A stretch of DNA of 63,907 nt from Candidatus Bipolaricaulota bacterium (GTDB taxonomy: Bacteria; Bipolaricaulota; Bipolaricaulia; UBA7950; UBA9294). Shown here in pieces: positions 20,281 to 28,999 of this stretch. The translations under genes were made by a program, and so were the position numbers. The first letter of the stretch is position 1, and each line of letters opens with the position of its first letter. The notes beneath the pieces were generated by a model. That model saw only the letters and a program-made list of their open reading frames with translations. It was not told the DNA's origin and did not search any database. The stretch is from positions 1 to 63,907 of the forward strand of contig JBFMGK010000076.1 of the NCBI GenBank assembly GCA_040752575.1, in the 5' to 3' direction.

Positions 20281-21150
20281 ATGAAGTTGATCGACCTCAC
20301 GATCCCGCTGTCGATCGCCACACCGCCGTGGCCGACGTACGAGCCTCTCCAGGTGAAGTACTTCAAGCGGCTCGCGCCGAACGGCGCGAACGGACAGCTT
20401 GTCACGCATTCCAATCACGTCGGCACGCACCTCGACGGCGAAATTCACTTCTACACGCCCGGCAAGGACATCGCGCAGTTGGGACTTGACTTCCTCGTTC
20501 ACGAAGGCGTGATCGTCGACCTGTCCGACGCCGTGGGGGACTATGACATCTACACACCGGAGATGGTCGAGGACCGTGTCGAGGTTCGGGAGGGCGACAT
20601 CCTCATCCTCCACACCGGCTATCACCACTACGGCTGGGACCAGCCCACTGCCGACGAGGTTCGCTACATGGTCAAGCATCCCGGCCCCGACCGCGACTTC
20701 GCAGTGTGGTGCCGCGAAAAGCGGATCCGCTGGATTGGCGTTGATTGCGGATCGGCAGACCATCCGATGAACACGATCGTCCGCGACTGGATGCCGCGCC
20801 AGGCCCAGGAAGCCGACCGTCACTTCCGGGCCAAGTACGGGCAACCGCTGGCCGAACGCTTCGACTCGAGCAAGTACCAACTGATGCACATTGAGCTGTT
20901 CAGCCATGGGATCATCCACGCCGAGTGCGTCGGCGGCGACATCGACCTGCTGCTCAACCAACGCGCGACGATCGGCTGCTTCCCATGGCGGTTCGTCGAT
21001 GGCGAGAGCTCGATCGCCCGGGTTGTGGCCTTCGTCGATGAAGACCGCTACGACGAACTCGCCGCGATCAAGTCGGAGTGTGTGCTGACGAAGTTCGGGG
21101 ATGTGGCGGGGGCCAAGAACCCTCAACTGCACGAGGTCGGCCGGACCTAG
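20281..21150 (+). CDS. Cyclase family (kynurenine formamidase-like) metal-dependent hydrolase
   Basis: HVGTHLDG motif, GDILILHTG, GVDCGSADHP. Confidence 0.88.
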   Translation: MKLIDLTIPLSIATPPWPTYEPLQVKYFKRLAPNGANGQLVTHSNHVGTHLDGEIHFYTPGKDIAQLGLDFLVHEGVIVDLSDAVGDYDIYTPEMVEDRVEVREGDILILHTGYHHYGWDQPTADEVRYMVKHPGPDRDFAVWCREKRIRWIGVDCGSADHPMNTIVRDWMPRQAQEADRHFRAKYGQPLAERFDSSKYQLMHIELFSHGIIHAECVGGDIDLLLNQRATIGCFPWRFVDGESSIARVVAFVDEDRYDELAAIKSECVLTKFGDVAGAKNPQLHEVGRT

Positions 21151-21282
21151 CCTCGCCGGCGCCCGGTGGAGGCCGTTGCGGAGCGCCTTCGCCCGCCGAG
21201 CCGTGCCGCGCGTGCGTAAGGTTCCTGCCCGTCCGGCCGGCTCGCCTTGCCGATCGGGCCTGGCGACGGAGACCGGAGTGTA

Positions 21283-22218
21283 ATGCACAATACAGGCGGC
21301 AAAGGCGATCACCCTTCCCATGCGGCGCGGTCAAACAGTTCGGCGGTCCCTGTCCAGCGAATCGCCTGTCATGCCCGCCGAGTCCTCTCGCAGGGACGCT
21401 TCGCAGGGTACCTGGCGTCGGCATTTCGCCATGGATGCAATGTCGTCCTCGGTGAACCTGCAGACGGAACCTGGATCTCGATCCAAACGGCGGCCGTCCC
21501 CCTCCATCCGTGGGCGGTCGAAGCCCCCATCCAGGGCAGCGACATGGCGCTCGGGTCTCGTGTGTCGGTTGACGAGGGACTGCTCAGCGTGGGAGCCATG
21601 CGACTCTCTCTCCGGGACGCGCGTTTTGAGCCTCTTCGGATCCCGATCTACAACGCGCGGGAGGCCGCCCTCGCCCTGGCACGCTGCCGATCGCCGGGGC
21701 CCCTAGCCGCCCTCGCGTACCCCAGCCTCGACGGGCCTCTGCTCGATGCCCTGGGCCGCTGGCGCGCGACGGGAGACCCGTACGCTCTTGACTCCCTTGT
21801 CGGATGGGGCCCGGGTTCCACGCCCACCGGCGACGACCTCCTGTTGGGCGTCCTGGTGGCCGCAAGGGCGATGTCCGGCGTGTCGCCGATCGCGCGGTGT
21901 GACGCCCGACGCGCCCGACAGCTTCTCCGTGGGACGCGTCTCTCTGAGCGCACACCGACTCCCTCGGCACAGGCTCTCGCCGCCGCGCTCGAGGGGGCGG
22001 CGCATGAGGCGGCGATCCGGCTTGCCGTCGCCTTGGGGAGAGCCGGCGCACAGCGTGACGTTGACCGTGCAGCCTCTCGTCTAGCGACGCTCGGCGCCTC
22101 GTCGGGCGCCTGCCAGCTGTTCGGCATCTCTACAGCCTTACGGCGCTTCGCCGCCGCGGGGCGACCGCTGCGCGACGGGACCCGCATCTCGTGGTACTCT
22201 CTTTCGCAGATCGGTTGA
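21283..22218 (+). CDS. DUF2877 (YlbF/AllH-like) protein
   Basis: LVGWGPGSTPTGDDLLLG and LGASSG motifs. Context with fdrA and DUF1116. Start uncertain. Confidence 0.75.
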   Translation: MHNTGGKGDHPSHAARSNSSAVPVQRIACHARRVLSQGRFAGYLASAFRHGCNVVLGEPADGTWISIQTAAVPLHPWAVEAPIQGSDMALGSRVSVDEGLLSVGAMRLSLRDARFEPLRIPIYNAREAALALARCRSPGPLAALAYPSLDGPLLDALGRWRATGDPYALDSLVGWGPGSTPTGDDLLLGVLVAARAMSGVSPIARCDARRARQLLRGTRLSERTPTPSAQALAAALEGAAHEAAIRLAVALGRAGAQRDVDRAASRLATLGASSGACQLFGISTALRRFAAAGRPLRDGTRISWYSLSQIG

Positions 22219-22249
22219 ACTCCAAAGTGTGAAGAGGAAAGGACCCACG

Positions 22250-22477
22250 ATGGTGAAGCTCAAGCCGTGTCCGTTCTGCGGCGGCGAAGCGCGCGGTTGG
22301 TGCCGTTCGGCGTCGATCAGCCCTGCCGACGAAGTCGACTACAACGGTTACGTGTCGTGCACGCGGTGCCCGGCGAAGATGAGGTCTACCTATCAGCATG
22401 TCCTCGGTCCCGAGGCCATCGCCGACGCCGCACGAAACTGGAACCGCCGCCCGGAGAACCCTCCGACGCAACCCTAG
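22250..22477 (+). CDS. Lar-family (restriction alleviation-like) zinc-ribbon protein
   Basis: LKPCPFCGG ... YVSCTRC ... AARNWNRR, the pattern typical of phage Lar-like proteins. Confidence 0.7.
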   Translation: MVKLKPCPFCGGEARGWCRSASISPADEVDYNGYVSCTRCPAKMRSTYQHVLGPEAIADAARNWNRRPENPPTQP

Positions 22478-22488
22478 GAAGGAGCGCG

Positions 22489-23457
22489 ATGGGACTCCTG
22501 TTCTCGGATCACGCGGAGACCATCGGCCGCACGCCCCTTGTGCGGCTTGGGCGTCTCGCACGCGGGATGCAAGCCGAGGTCGCGGCGAAGATCGAGGGGC
22601 GCAACCCCGTGCACTCGGTGAAGTGCCGCGTCGGCGCCGCAATGGTCTGGGCGGCCGAGCGCGACGGCATCCTCCATCGCGACCGTCCGCGAGACGTGAG
22701 CGTCGTGGAGCCGACGAGCGGGAACACGGGCATTGCTTTGGCCTACGTCTGCGCGTTGCGCGGATATCCCCTGGTTCTCACGATGCCGGAGACCATGTCG
22801 GTCGAGCGCCAAAGACTCCTTCGCGCGTTCGGCGCGGACCTCGTTCTGACGCCCGGGAACCTCGGCATGCGCGGCGCGATCGCCAAGGCGGACGAGATCT
22901 GCCAGGCCGATCGCGCTGGAACCTTCATGCCGCGGCAGTTCTCGAATCCCGCCAATCCGGAGATTCACGAGCGCACGACTGGCCCCGAGATCTGGGAAGA
23001 CACGGCGGGCAACGTCGACGTCCTCGTCTGCGGCGTAGGGACCGGCGGGACGATCACGGGAGTCAGCCGCTACTTCAAGTCGGCTCGCGGCCATCGCTTG
23101 CGCAGCATCGCGGTCGAGCCGAGCGCCTCGCCCGTGCTCAGTGCGTTGAAGCGCGGCGAGGAGCCGCGACCAGGTCCCCACGGGATTCAGGGAATCGGAG
23201 CCGGGTTCAAGCCCGAGGTCCTCGATCTCGACCTCGTCGACGAGGTCGCCGCCGTCGACGAGGAAGAGGCGATCGACACGGCGCGCCGTCTGTTTCGCGA
23301 AGAGGGCATCGCCTGCGGGATCTCCAGCGGCGCCGCCGCGGCGGTCGCCTTGCGCGTCGCCTCGGAACCGGCCATGGCCGGGAAGCGAATCGTGGTCGTG
23401 TTGCCCGACTCCGGCGAGCGCTATCTCAGCACGTCGCTGTTCGCCGGCTGGGCCTAG
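22489..23457 (+). CDS. cysK: Cysteine synthase A
   Basis: [41 protein letters not shown]. Confidence 0.93.
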   Translation: MGLLFSDHAETIGRTPLVRLGRLARGMQAEVAAKIEGRNPVHSVKCRVGAAMVWAAERDGILHRDRPRDVSVVEPTSGNTGIALAYVCALRGYPLVLTMPETMSVERQRLLRAFGADLVLTPGNLGMRGAIAKADEICQADRAGTFMPRQFSNPANPEIHERTTGPEIWEDTAGNVDVLVCGVGTGGTITGVSRYFKSARGHRLRSIAVEPSASPVLSALKRGEEPRPGPHGIQGIGAGFKPEVLDLDLVDEVAAVDEEEAIDTARRLFREEGIACGISSGAAAAVALRVASEPAMAGKRIVVVLPDSGERYLSTSLFAGWA

Positions 23458-23473
23458 AGAAGAAGGAGGAGCC

Positions 23474-24421
23474 GTGATGGAGTCGGCCTTGCCAGAGGTC
23501 CGCCGTCGGCGCGTCGCGCAAGACATGGACTGGACCCCAGAGATTGCGTCGGCGCTGTGCCGCCCCGACCGCTCGTCGGCCGGAGTCCCGGCGACCTTCC
23601 CGTCCCCGTGCCATCGGCAGTCGCCGTCCCCTATCGGGCTGCACGAGATCGTCGACGCGCTTCGGAGGGCGCTGTTTCCCGGCTTCCTCGACCCAGAGGG
23701 AGCGAACGATGAGGATCTCGTGTGCGAGACCACCGGAGCCCTCGACTTCGTCGCAACGCACCTTGCCGTGCAGATCGACCGCGGATTCGCGCTGTCGCGC
23801 ACCCCGAACCCGGCCGCCGCGGATTCCCTTGTGCGGACCTTCATCGAGCAGCTCCCGTCGATCCAGGCGCTGTTGGCCTCAGATGTCGAAGCAGCCTATG
23901 ACGGGGATCCTGCCGCGACGTCGCGCGAGGAGACCATCGTGTCCTACCCGGGAATCCTCGCCGTCCTCCACTACCGCCTGGCCCACGAGCTGGCGCGGCT
24001 CGGCATTCCGATCGTCCCCCGGATGATGACCGAGCTCGCCCATAGCCAGACGGGGATCGACATTCACCCGCGCGCCGAGATCGGCGAGCGATTCTTCATC
24101 GACCACGGCACCGGCGTGGTGATCGGGGAGACCGCGGTCGTGGGACGCAACGTCCGTATGTACCAAGGCGTCACGCTGGGCGCTCTCTCTTTTCCGGCGG
24201 ACGAGCGCGGTTTCCCAGTGAAGGGAATCCCTCGACATCCCATCGTCGAAGACGACGTGATCCTCTATGCCGGGGCGACGATCCTCGGCCGCGTGACGAT
24301 CGGCCGTGGTTCGATTATCGGGGGCGGCGTCTGGCTCACACGCAGCGTCCCTCCGGGCTCGGTCCTCACGACGTCCCGCGCTGAGGAGGCCACCCAGCGA
24401 GATGTTCCCACCAGGCGCTGA
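23474..24421 (+). CDS. cysE: Serine O-acetyltransferase
   Basis: GDPAA, TGIDIHP, FIDHGTGVVIGET, QGVTLG, RHP. Confidence 0.9.
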   Translation: MMESALPEVRRRRVAQDMDWTPEIASALCRPDRSSAGVPATFPSPCHRQSPSPIGLHEIVDALRRALFPGFLDPEGANDEDLVCETTGALDFVATHLAVQIDRGFALSRTPNPAAADSLVRTFIEQLPSIQALLASDVEAAYDGDPAATSREETIVSYPGILAVLHYRLAHELARLGIPIVPRMMTELAHSQTGIDIHPRAEIGERFFIDHGTGVVIGETAVVGRNVRMYQGVTLGALSFPADERGFPVKGIPRHPIVEDDVILYAGATILGRVTIGRGSIIGGGVWLTRSVPPGSVLTTSRAEEATQRDVPTRR

Positions 24422-24428
24422 CCGCCGT

Positions 24429-25256
24429 CTATCCTGATCGGATGAGAAGGGTCGCAGACGCGCGGCCCAGTTGCCCGCGGCTGTCGATCACGTAGAGCGT
24501 CACCGTGTACGACCCCGCGGCTTGATACTCGTGGACGTACAGGCGGTCCTCCGATGGACCGCTCGCCGAGACGTGGCCGTCGCCGAAGTCCCACCCCACG
24601 TGAGCGACGGAGGCTCCCGGCGTCTGGGATACGTCCGCAAAGGAGACAGGCTCCCCAGCAACCGGGGGGGAGACAACGTCGAACGCCGCCTGCGGTGCGG
24701 TATCGATCACGCGAAGCTCAAGGGCGGCGGATCCGCATCGTCCTTCGGGATCGCACGCCGTGACGGTGGGCGCGTAGCCGCCCGCGGAAGGATAGGAGAA
24801 GACCGCGACGGGTGCCGTCTGCACCGCGTCCGAGAACCCATCTCCGTCGAAATCCCACGTGAAGGTCAAGGGCAGGGTTGGATCCGTGGACACGCTGGCT
24901 GCGAGGGGAACGGCCTCGGCCGTCGCCACGGTGGTAGACGACGCCCCGAGCTTCACGAGGAGGCTCGCGGTCTGAACATCGGGCAAGCAGGCGTCGGCGT
25001 CGATACCGGCAACTTCCTGGGCGAGCGGCGTCAAGAGGAGAGTGCCCCCCGCCTCGGCGACGATCTCAGCACTCGTCTGCGTCGGGAAGTCGTCAACCGT
25101 CCAAGCGTTGCAGCCGCACGACCAGCCCGGCTCGCCCACAGACGCGTCGAGCGTGACCTCTGCGGCCATCCCGCAGAGACTCCCAGCGCAGACTGCGGCA
25201 AGAACTACCCATCGCACGCTCATCTCCATCACCTCGCTCTGCCCATCCTCACGCAC
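24429..25256 (-). CDS. Secreted PKD-domain protein
   Basis: Signal peptide and two PKD motifs (WDFDGDG; WDFGDG..HEYQAAGSYTVTL). Confidence 0.8.
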   Translation of the reverse strand: MREDGQSEVMEMSVRWVVLAAVCAGSLCGMAAEVTLDASVGEPGWSCGCNAWTVDDFPTQTSAEIVAEAGGTLLLTPLAQEVAGIDADACLPDVQTASLLVKLGASSTTVATAEAVPLAASVSTDPTLPLTFTWDFDGDGFSDAVQTAPVAVFSYPSAGGYAPTVTACDPEGRCGSAALELRVIDTAPQAAFDVVSPPVAGEPVSFADVSQTPGASVAHVGWDFGDGHVSASGPSEDRLYVHEYQAAGSYTVTLYVIDSRGQLGRASATLLIRSG

Positions 25257-26032
25257 CGACGTGGTCTCCGTGGGGCTCGCTCGCGTCAGATCTGTGAAGC
25301 ATAGGAGAGCTCTGGAGATCAGGGTTTCGAGACCTCTGAGGTCGCAGAAGTGATGTACTCGTGAAGAACATGTGGAGAAACGACGGCAGCGCCTTGTTCA
25401 CCGCGCGCCCAGGTCTATCATGGAGCGCACGAGGGAACAGGATGAACACGTTCACGTCCTAGGCAAAGGAGGTGAAACCAAGCGTTCGCGGATCTGGTGG
25501 GGAGTCACAGGATTCGCTGTCCATTTCCCTGACGGGTTCGCCTTTCCCGCGTGTCGCTCGGCCCTTGGAAGCCTGCGAGAGTCAGACGGTCCCGTCTGCG
25601 GATCGTCAGGGACATCGGTCGGGCGAAGGGTCCCCCTCCTCTCGGGAGCCCTCTCGGGAGCCCCCTCGGAAGCGCTGCATCTTCGAGTAGCCGATGCCTC
25701 CTCCGGAACCCGCGCGAGGAGGTGGCTCGGTCTCCGGGACACAAGGCTGGGCCCGGAGCCGATCGGTGAGTCAGAACAGAACAGGGTCGCGCGGGCCGCC
25801 GGACAAGACCATCGAGCCTCCAACTCCCATCGCCACGGCCACGTCAAGCTTGCGCAAGGACCGCCGAACGTCGCCGTACGACCCAGCCACCGAGGCTTGC
25901 TTGAAGTCCGCGCGCTGGAGCCGCGAGTCCTCATGCAAGCGCGAGCGTCGCACGAACTTCGAGTATCCCAAAGGACAGGCCGGCCCTTGGCCGGCCTGTT
26001 CACGATGTGCCTTGTTGGAAGGAGATGCTCGC

Positions 26033-26281
26033 CTAGAACCTGCGCCCGCCTCCGCGCGAGTCGCCTCCGCGGCCGCCACCACCACCCGGTCTGCCGCCGC
26101 GACCACCCATCCCGCCGCCACCACCGGTTCGCGGCGGGCGGCGCTTGCGGTTGCAGTCGCCGCAGTACACAGGACGGTCGGACATCGGCTCAAACGGAAG
26201 CTCGTCGATCGCCTTTCCGCAGTCTGCGCACTTCAGATCGAGGTGCCGAACGTCGACCATCCTTCTCTCTCCGAAACCCAT
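26033..26281 (-). CDS. CxxC-x17-CxxC zinc-ribbon protein with Gly/Arg-rich tail
   Basis: CADCG..ELPFEPMSDRPVYCGDC followed by RGG repeats. AAGGAG RBS. Confidence 0.85.
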   Translation of the reverse strand: MGFGERRMVDVRHLDLKCADCGKAIDELPFEPMSDRPVYCGDCNRKRRPPRTGGGGGMGGRGGRPGGGGGRGGDSRGGGRRF

Positions 26282-26603
26282 TCGATCTCCTTTTTGCAGG
26301 CTCGGCCGCCGGTCAACGATTGCCGCTGGCGGAGCCTACGCGCACACAGTACCTCAATCCTGCGCAGAAAGAAAGCGCTGGGGGGTCTGAGCCCTCGGAG
26401 GACTGGGAGCCAACGGCTTCCGTCTTGGGTTTCTCAGACCCGGACGACGCGATCGTGTCGCTGCCGAGGACGCCGTCCGTCCCGGGCAGGCTGACCGCTT
26501 CATCCGTCCTGGAGCTCCGGCTCGACGTCGCCGCGTCGCTCGCACCAGAGGGCCCACCCGCGCCGCGGGCAGGTCCGCGCTTCAGCGCCTCGATCGCACC
26601 CCG

Positions 26604-26942
26604 TCAGATCGGCAGGAACTGAAGTCCGTAGATCGGCCCCCCCGCGGGCTCGCGAACCACGCCGATCGTCGTGCGCACGCGCGTTCCGATTTGGGGGCGC
26701 TCGTCGAGAAGCTGGCCGGTGACCCTTAAGCCGCCGTCCAGTTCAACGATGGCCAGCCGCAGGTAACGCGTCTCGTAGTCGACGGCGAGCGCATAGACAT
26801 CGGTGTACGTGAGGACCACGCCCTCGCCGGCCACCTCGACCGGTTCGAAGGTCTCGCCGCGGCACTTCGGGCAGATTGCATGCTTTGGATAGCTGACGCG
26901 GCCGCAACTCGTGCAGCGGAACGCGTGGACGCGGGGGCTCAT
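26604..26942 (-). CDS. DUF35 Zn-ribbon/OB-fold protein (thiolase partner)
   Basis: CTSCG..YP..CPKC, G.VLTYT, AIVELDGG.RVTGQ. Confidence 0.88.
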   Translation of the reverse strand: MSPRVHAFRCTSCGRVSYPKHAICPKCRGETFEPVEVAGEGVVLTYTDVYALAVDYETRYLRLAIVELDGGLRVTGQLLDERPQIGTRVRTTIGVVREPAGGPIYGLQFLPI

Positions 26943-28123
26943 CGCTCCTCCTTCCGCAAGACCGTGGCCACGACGTTGTTTCCGAAGCCGCCGAAGTTGC
27001 AGGCGTAGGCCAGCTTCGCGCCCGCAATCTGGCGCCCGGCAGCCTCGCCGCGAAGTTGCCACGTCAGCTCGACAAGCTGGGCAACCCCTGTCGCTCCGAC
27101 AGGGTGTCCCTTGGCCTTGAGTCCTCCCGAGGGGTTGATCGGCAATTTGCCCGTGAGCTGGGTCTCGCCGCGCTCGAGGGCCTTGTGCGCCTGCCCCGCC
27201 TTGAAGAAGCCCGCAGCTTCGCTCTCGGCGATCTCCAGAATCGTGAACGCGTCGTGAAGCTCGGCCACGTCAACGTCCGCAGGCTTGGCGCCCGCGGCTT
27301 CGAACGCCGCGACGCTCGCGAGGCGAACGGCCTTCAGGTCTGTGGGGTCCTCTCGCTCCTGTACGGCGTGCGTATCGGTGGCCTGACCGATGCCGGCGAT
27401 CACGACTCGCGGTGCGCCCAGCTTGGCCGCCACGTCTTGCGACGCAAGGAGGAGAGACGCGGCGCCGTCGCTCACGGGACAGCAGTCGAACATGTGAAGG
27501 GGCTCCGCAACCGGTGGGTTGTTCACGATCGCCTCGGGAGCCGTGAGAATGCCCTCCATCGTCACCGGCTGATGGATGTGAGCGTACGGGTTCTTCATCG
27601 CGTTCTCGTGGTTCTTGATCGCGACGAGCGCGAGGTGCCGTCGCTCGACACCGTGACGCGCCATGAAGAGGCGAGCGAACAGCCCGGCCAGCGAGGGCAG
27701 CGTCACGCCGTAGATGTACTCGACCTCGGGATGTGCCAAGCTGGCAACGAAGTCCGTCGCTTCGAGTCCGTCCACAGCTCGCATCATCTCGACCCCGGTC
27801 ACCAAGACGACATCGGCCATCCCCGAAGCGATCGCCTGGTAGCCAACCTTCACCGCACTCGCGCCGGAGGCGGGACCGTTCTCCACCGCCTCTGCGGCCG
27901 CTGGCCACATCGAGAGCCGGTCGACGAGCGCGCTGCCGAGCGCCGTCTGGCGGTTCACGCGGCCGCCGCCCATGTTGGCCACGACGACCGCGTCCACGGG
28001 GATCTTGCCGAGGTTCGCGTGGTGGAGTGCGGCCAGCGAGGACGTGGCCGCAAGGTCGACAAGAGGCCACTCCGATCTCCCGAAGCGCGTCATGCCGGCT
28101 CCCACGACGTAAACGGGCCTCAT
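26939..28123 (-). CDS. Thiolase (SCP-x/archaeal type)
   Basis: GAGMTRFG, KNHENAMKNPYAH, CPVSDGAA, ELHDAF, NPSGGLKAKGHPVGATG. Confidence 0.9.
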   Translation of the reverse strand: MRPVYVVGAGMTRFGRSEWPLVDLAATSSLAALHHANLGKIPVDAVVVANMGGGRVNRQTALGSALVDRLSMWPAAAEAVENGPASGASAVKVGYQAIASGMADVVLVTGVEMMRAVDGLEATDFVASLAHPEVEYIYGVTLPSLAGLFARLFMARHGVERRHLALVAIKNHENAMKNPYAHIHQPVTMEGILTAPEAIVNNPPVAEPLHMFDCCPVSDGAASLLLASQDVAAKLGAPRVVIAGIGQATDTHAVQEREDPTDLKAVRLASVAAFEAAGAKPADVDVAELHDAFTILEIAESEAAGFFKAGQAHKALERGETQLTGKLPINPSGGLKAKGHPVGATGVAQLVELTWQLRGEAAGRQIAGAKLAYACNFGGFGNNVVATVLRKEER

Positions 28124-28815
28124 GGTCGGCCTCCCTTCTCTTCGGTGACCTGACGGCGCACCGCCTCGCTCCCCGGAAGGCGGATCGTCGCCGCCCCGGC
28201 GAGCAGAGTGTCGGACACGGGTCGGCGTCCCGAGACAAGACGCGGCTTCGCGTCGAAGTACGTCTGCCTCGTGAGAACCCAGGACGGAACCCCGCCGAGC
28301 TCGTGCTGCACCTCGTACTTCTTCTCCAGCGGGTACTCGATCATCCAGCGCCGGAAACCGATCGGACTCTCGGCGACGATCAGGACCTCCTCCTGGCCGA
28401 TGTGCTCGATGTGGTACTCCATCTTCGCAGCGAACAGGTGCGACCCAACGCGCAACCCGCGCCGCAAGGTCATCGTGTGGTAGCTCATGCCGACCTTGGC
28501 GTCGACGAGCCGCCCGTTGACCATCCCCGCGAGCGCCCCGTCGATCAGGCCCACGAGCACGTACTCGTCCCGAACACGGTGGCGCTTGTAGGCCAGGAGT
28601 TCGCCGTAGAGCCGCGCCGCCACAATATCGTAGAAGTCGCGCTCCACGAGGAGAAGAGGGTAGATGGCCTCGAGCAACACGGGAACCTCTTCCCGTGCCA
28701 CCTGCCGCACCACCATCTCCTCGCCGCTCGCCAACGTAATCGCCTTGGGCGGGTACGGAGGCATCTCCATCGCCGGGGGCCGAAGCAGGGCCTCCAGGTC
28801 GGTCGCGCTCCCCAT
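28120..28815 (-). CDS. Putative GNAT-fold N-acetyltransferase
   Basis: Overlaps the thiolase start. RRGLRVGSHL acetyl-CoA-binding-like motif. Confidence 0.6.
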   Translation of the reverse strand: MGSATDLEALLRPPAMEMPPYPPKAITLASGEEMVVRQVAREEVPVLLEAIYPLLLVERDFYDIVAARLYGELLAYKRHRVRDEYVLVGLIDGALAGMVNGRLVDAKVGMSYHTMTLRRGLRVGSHLFAAKMEYHIEHIGQEEVLIVAESPIGFRRWMIEYPLEKKYEVQHELGGVPSWVLTRQTYFDAKPRLVSGRRPVSDTLLAGAATIRLPGSEAVRRQVTEEKGGRP

Positions 28816-28999
28816 CGTCGTCTCCTTTCGATAGGGCAAGCCACACCCTCACGACCGGGCAACGCCAGCCAGGTCGAACGGTCAGGCAGCCTGTCCGGCT
28901 GTAACGATAGGGCCTGCTGAAGCAGGCGTCAACTGAAGCCCTGCCGTTCCGGCCGTGCCCACGGTATACTCCCCGCTCTGGGGTGCCGAGGGAGGGGAC

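Noticed and set aside
25372..26622. 416-aa + strand ORF
   Set aside because: Arg/Ala/Pro-rich shadow composition, and antisense to the Zn-ribbon gene.
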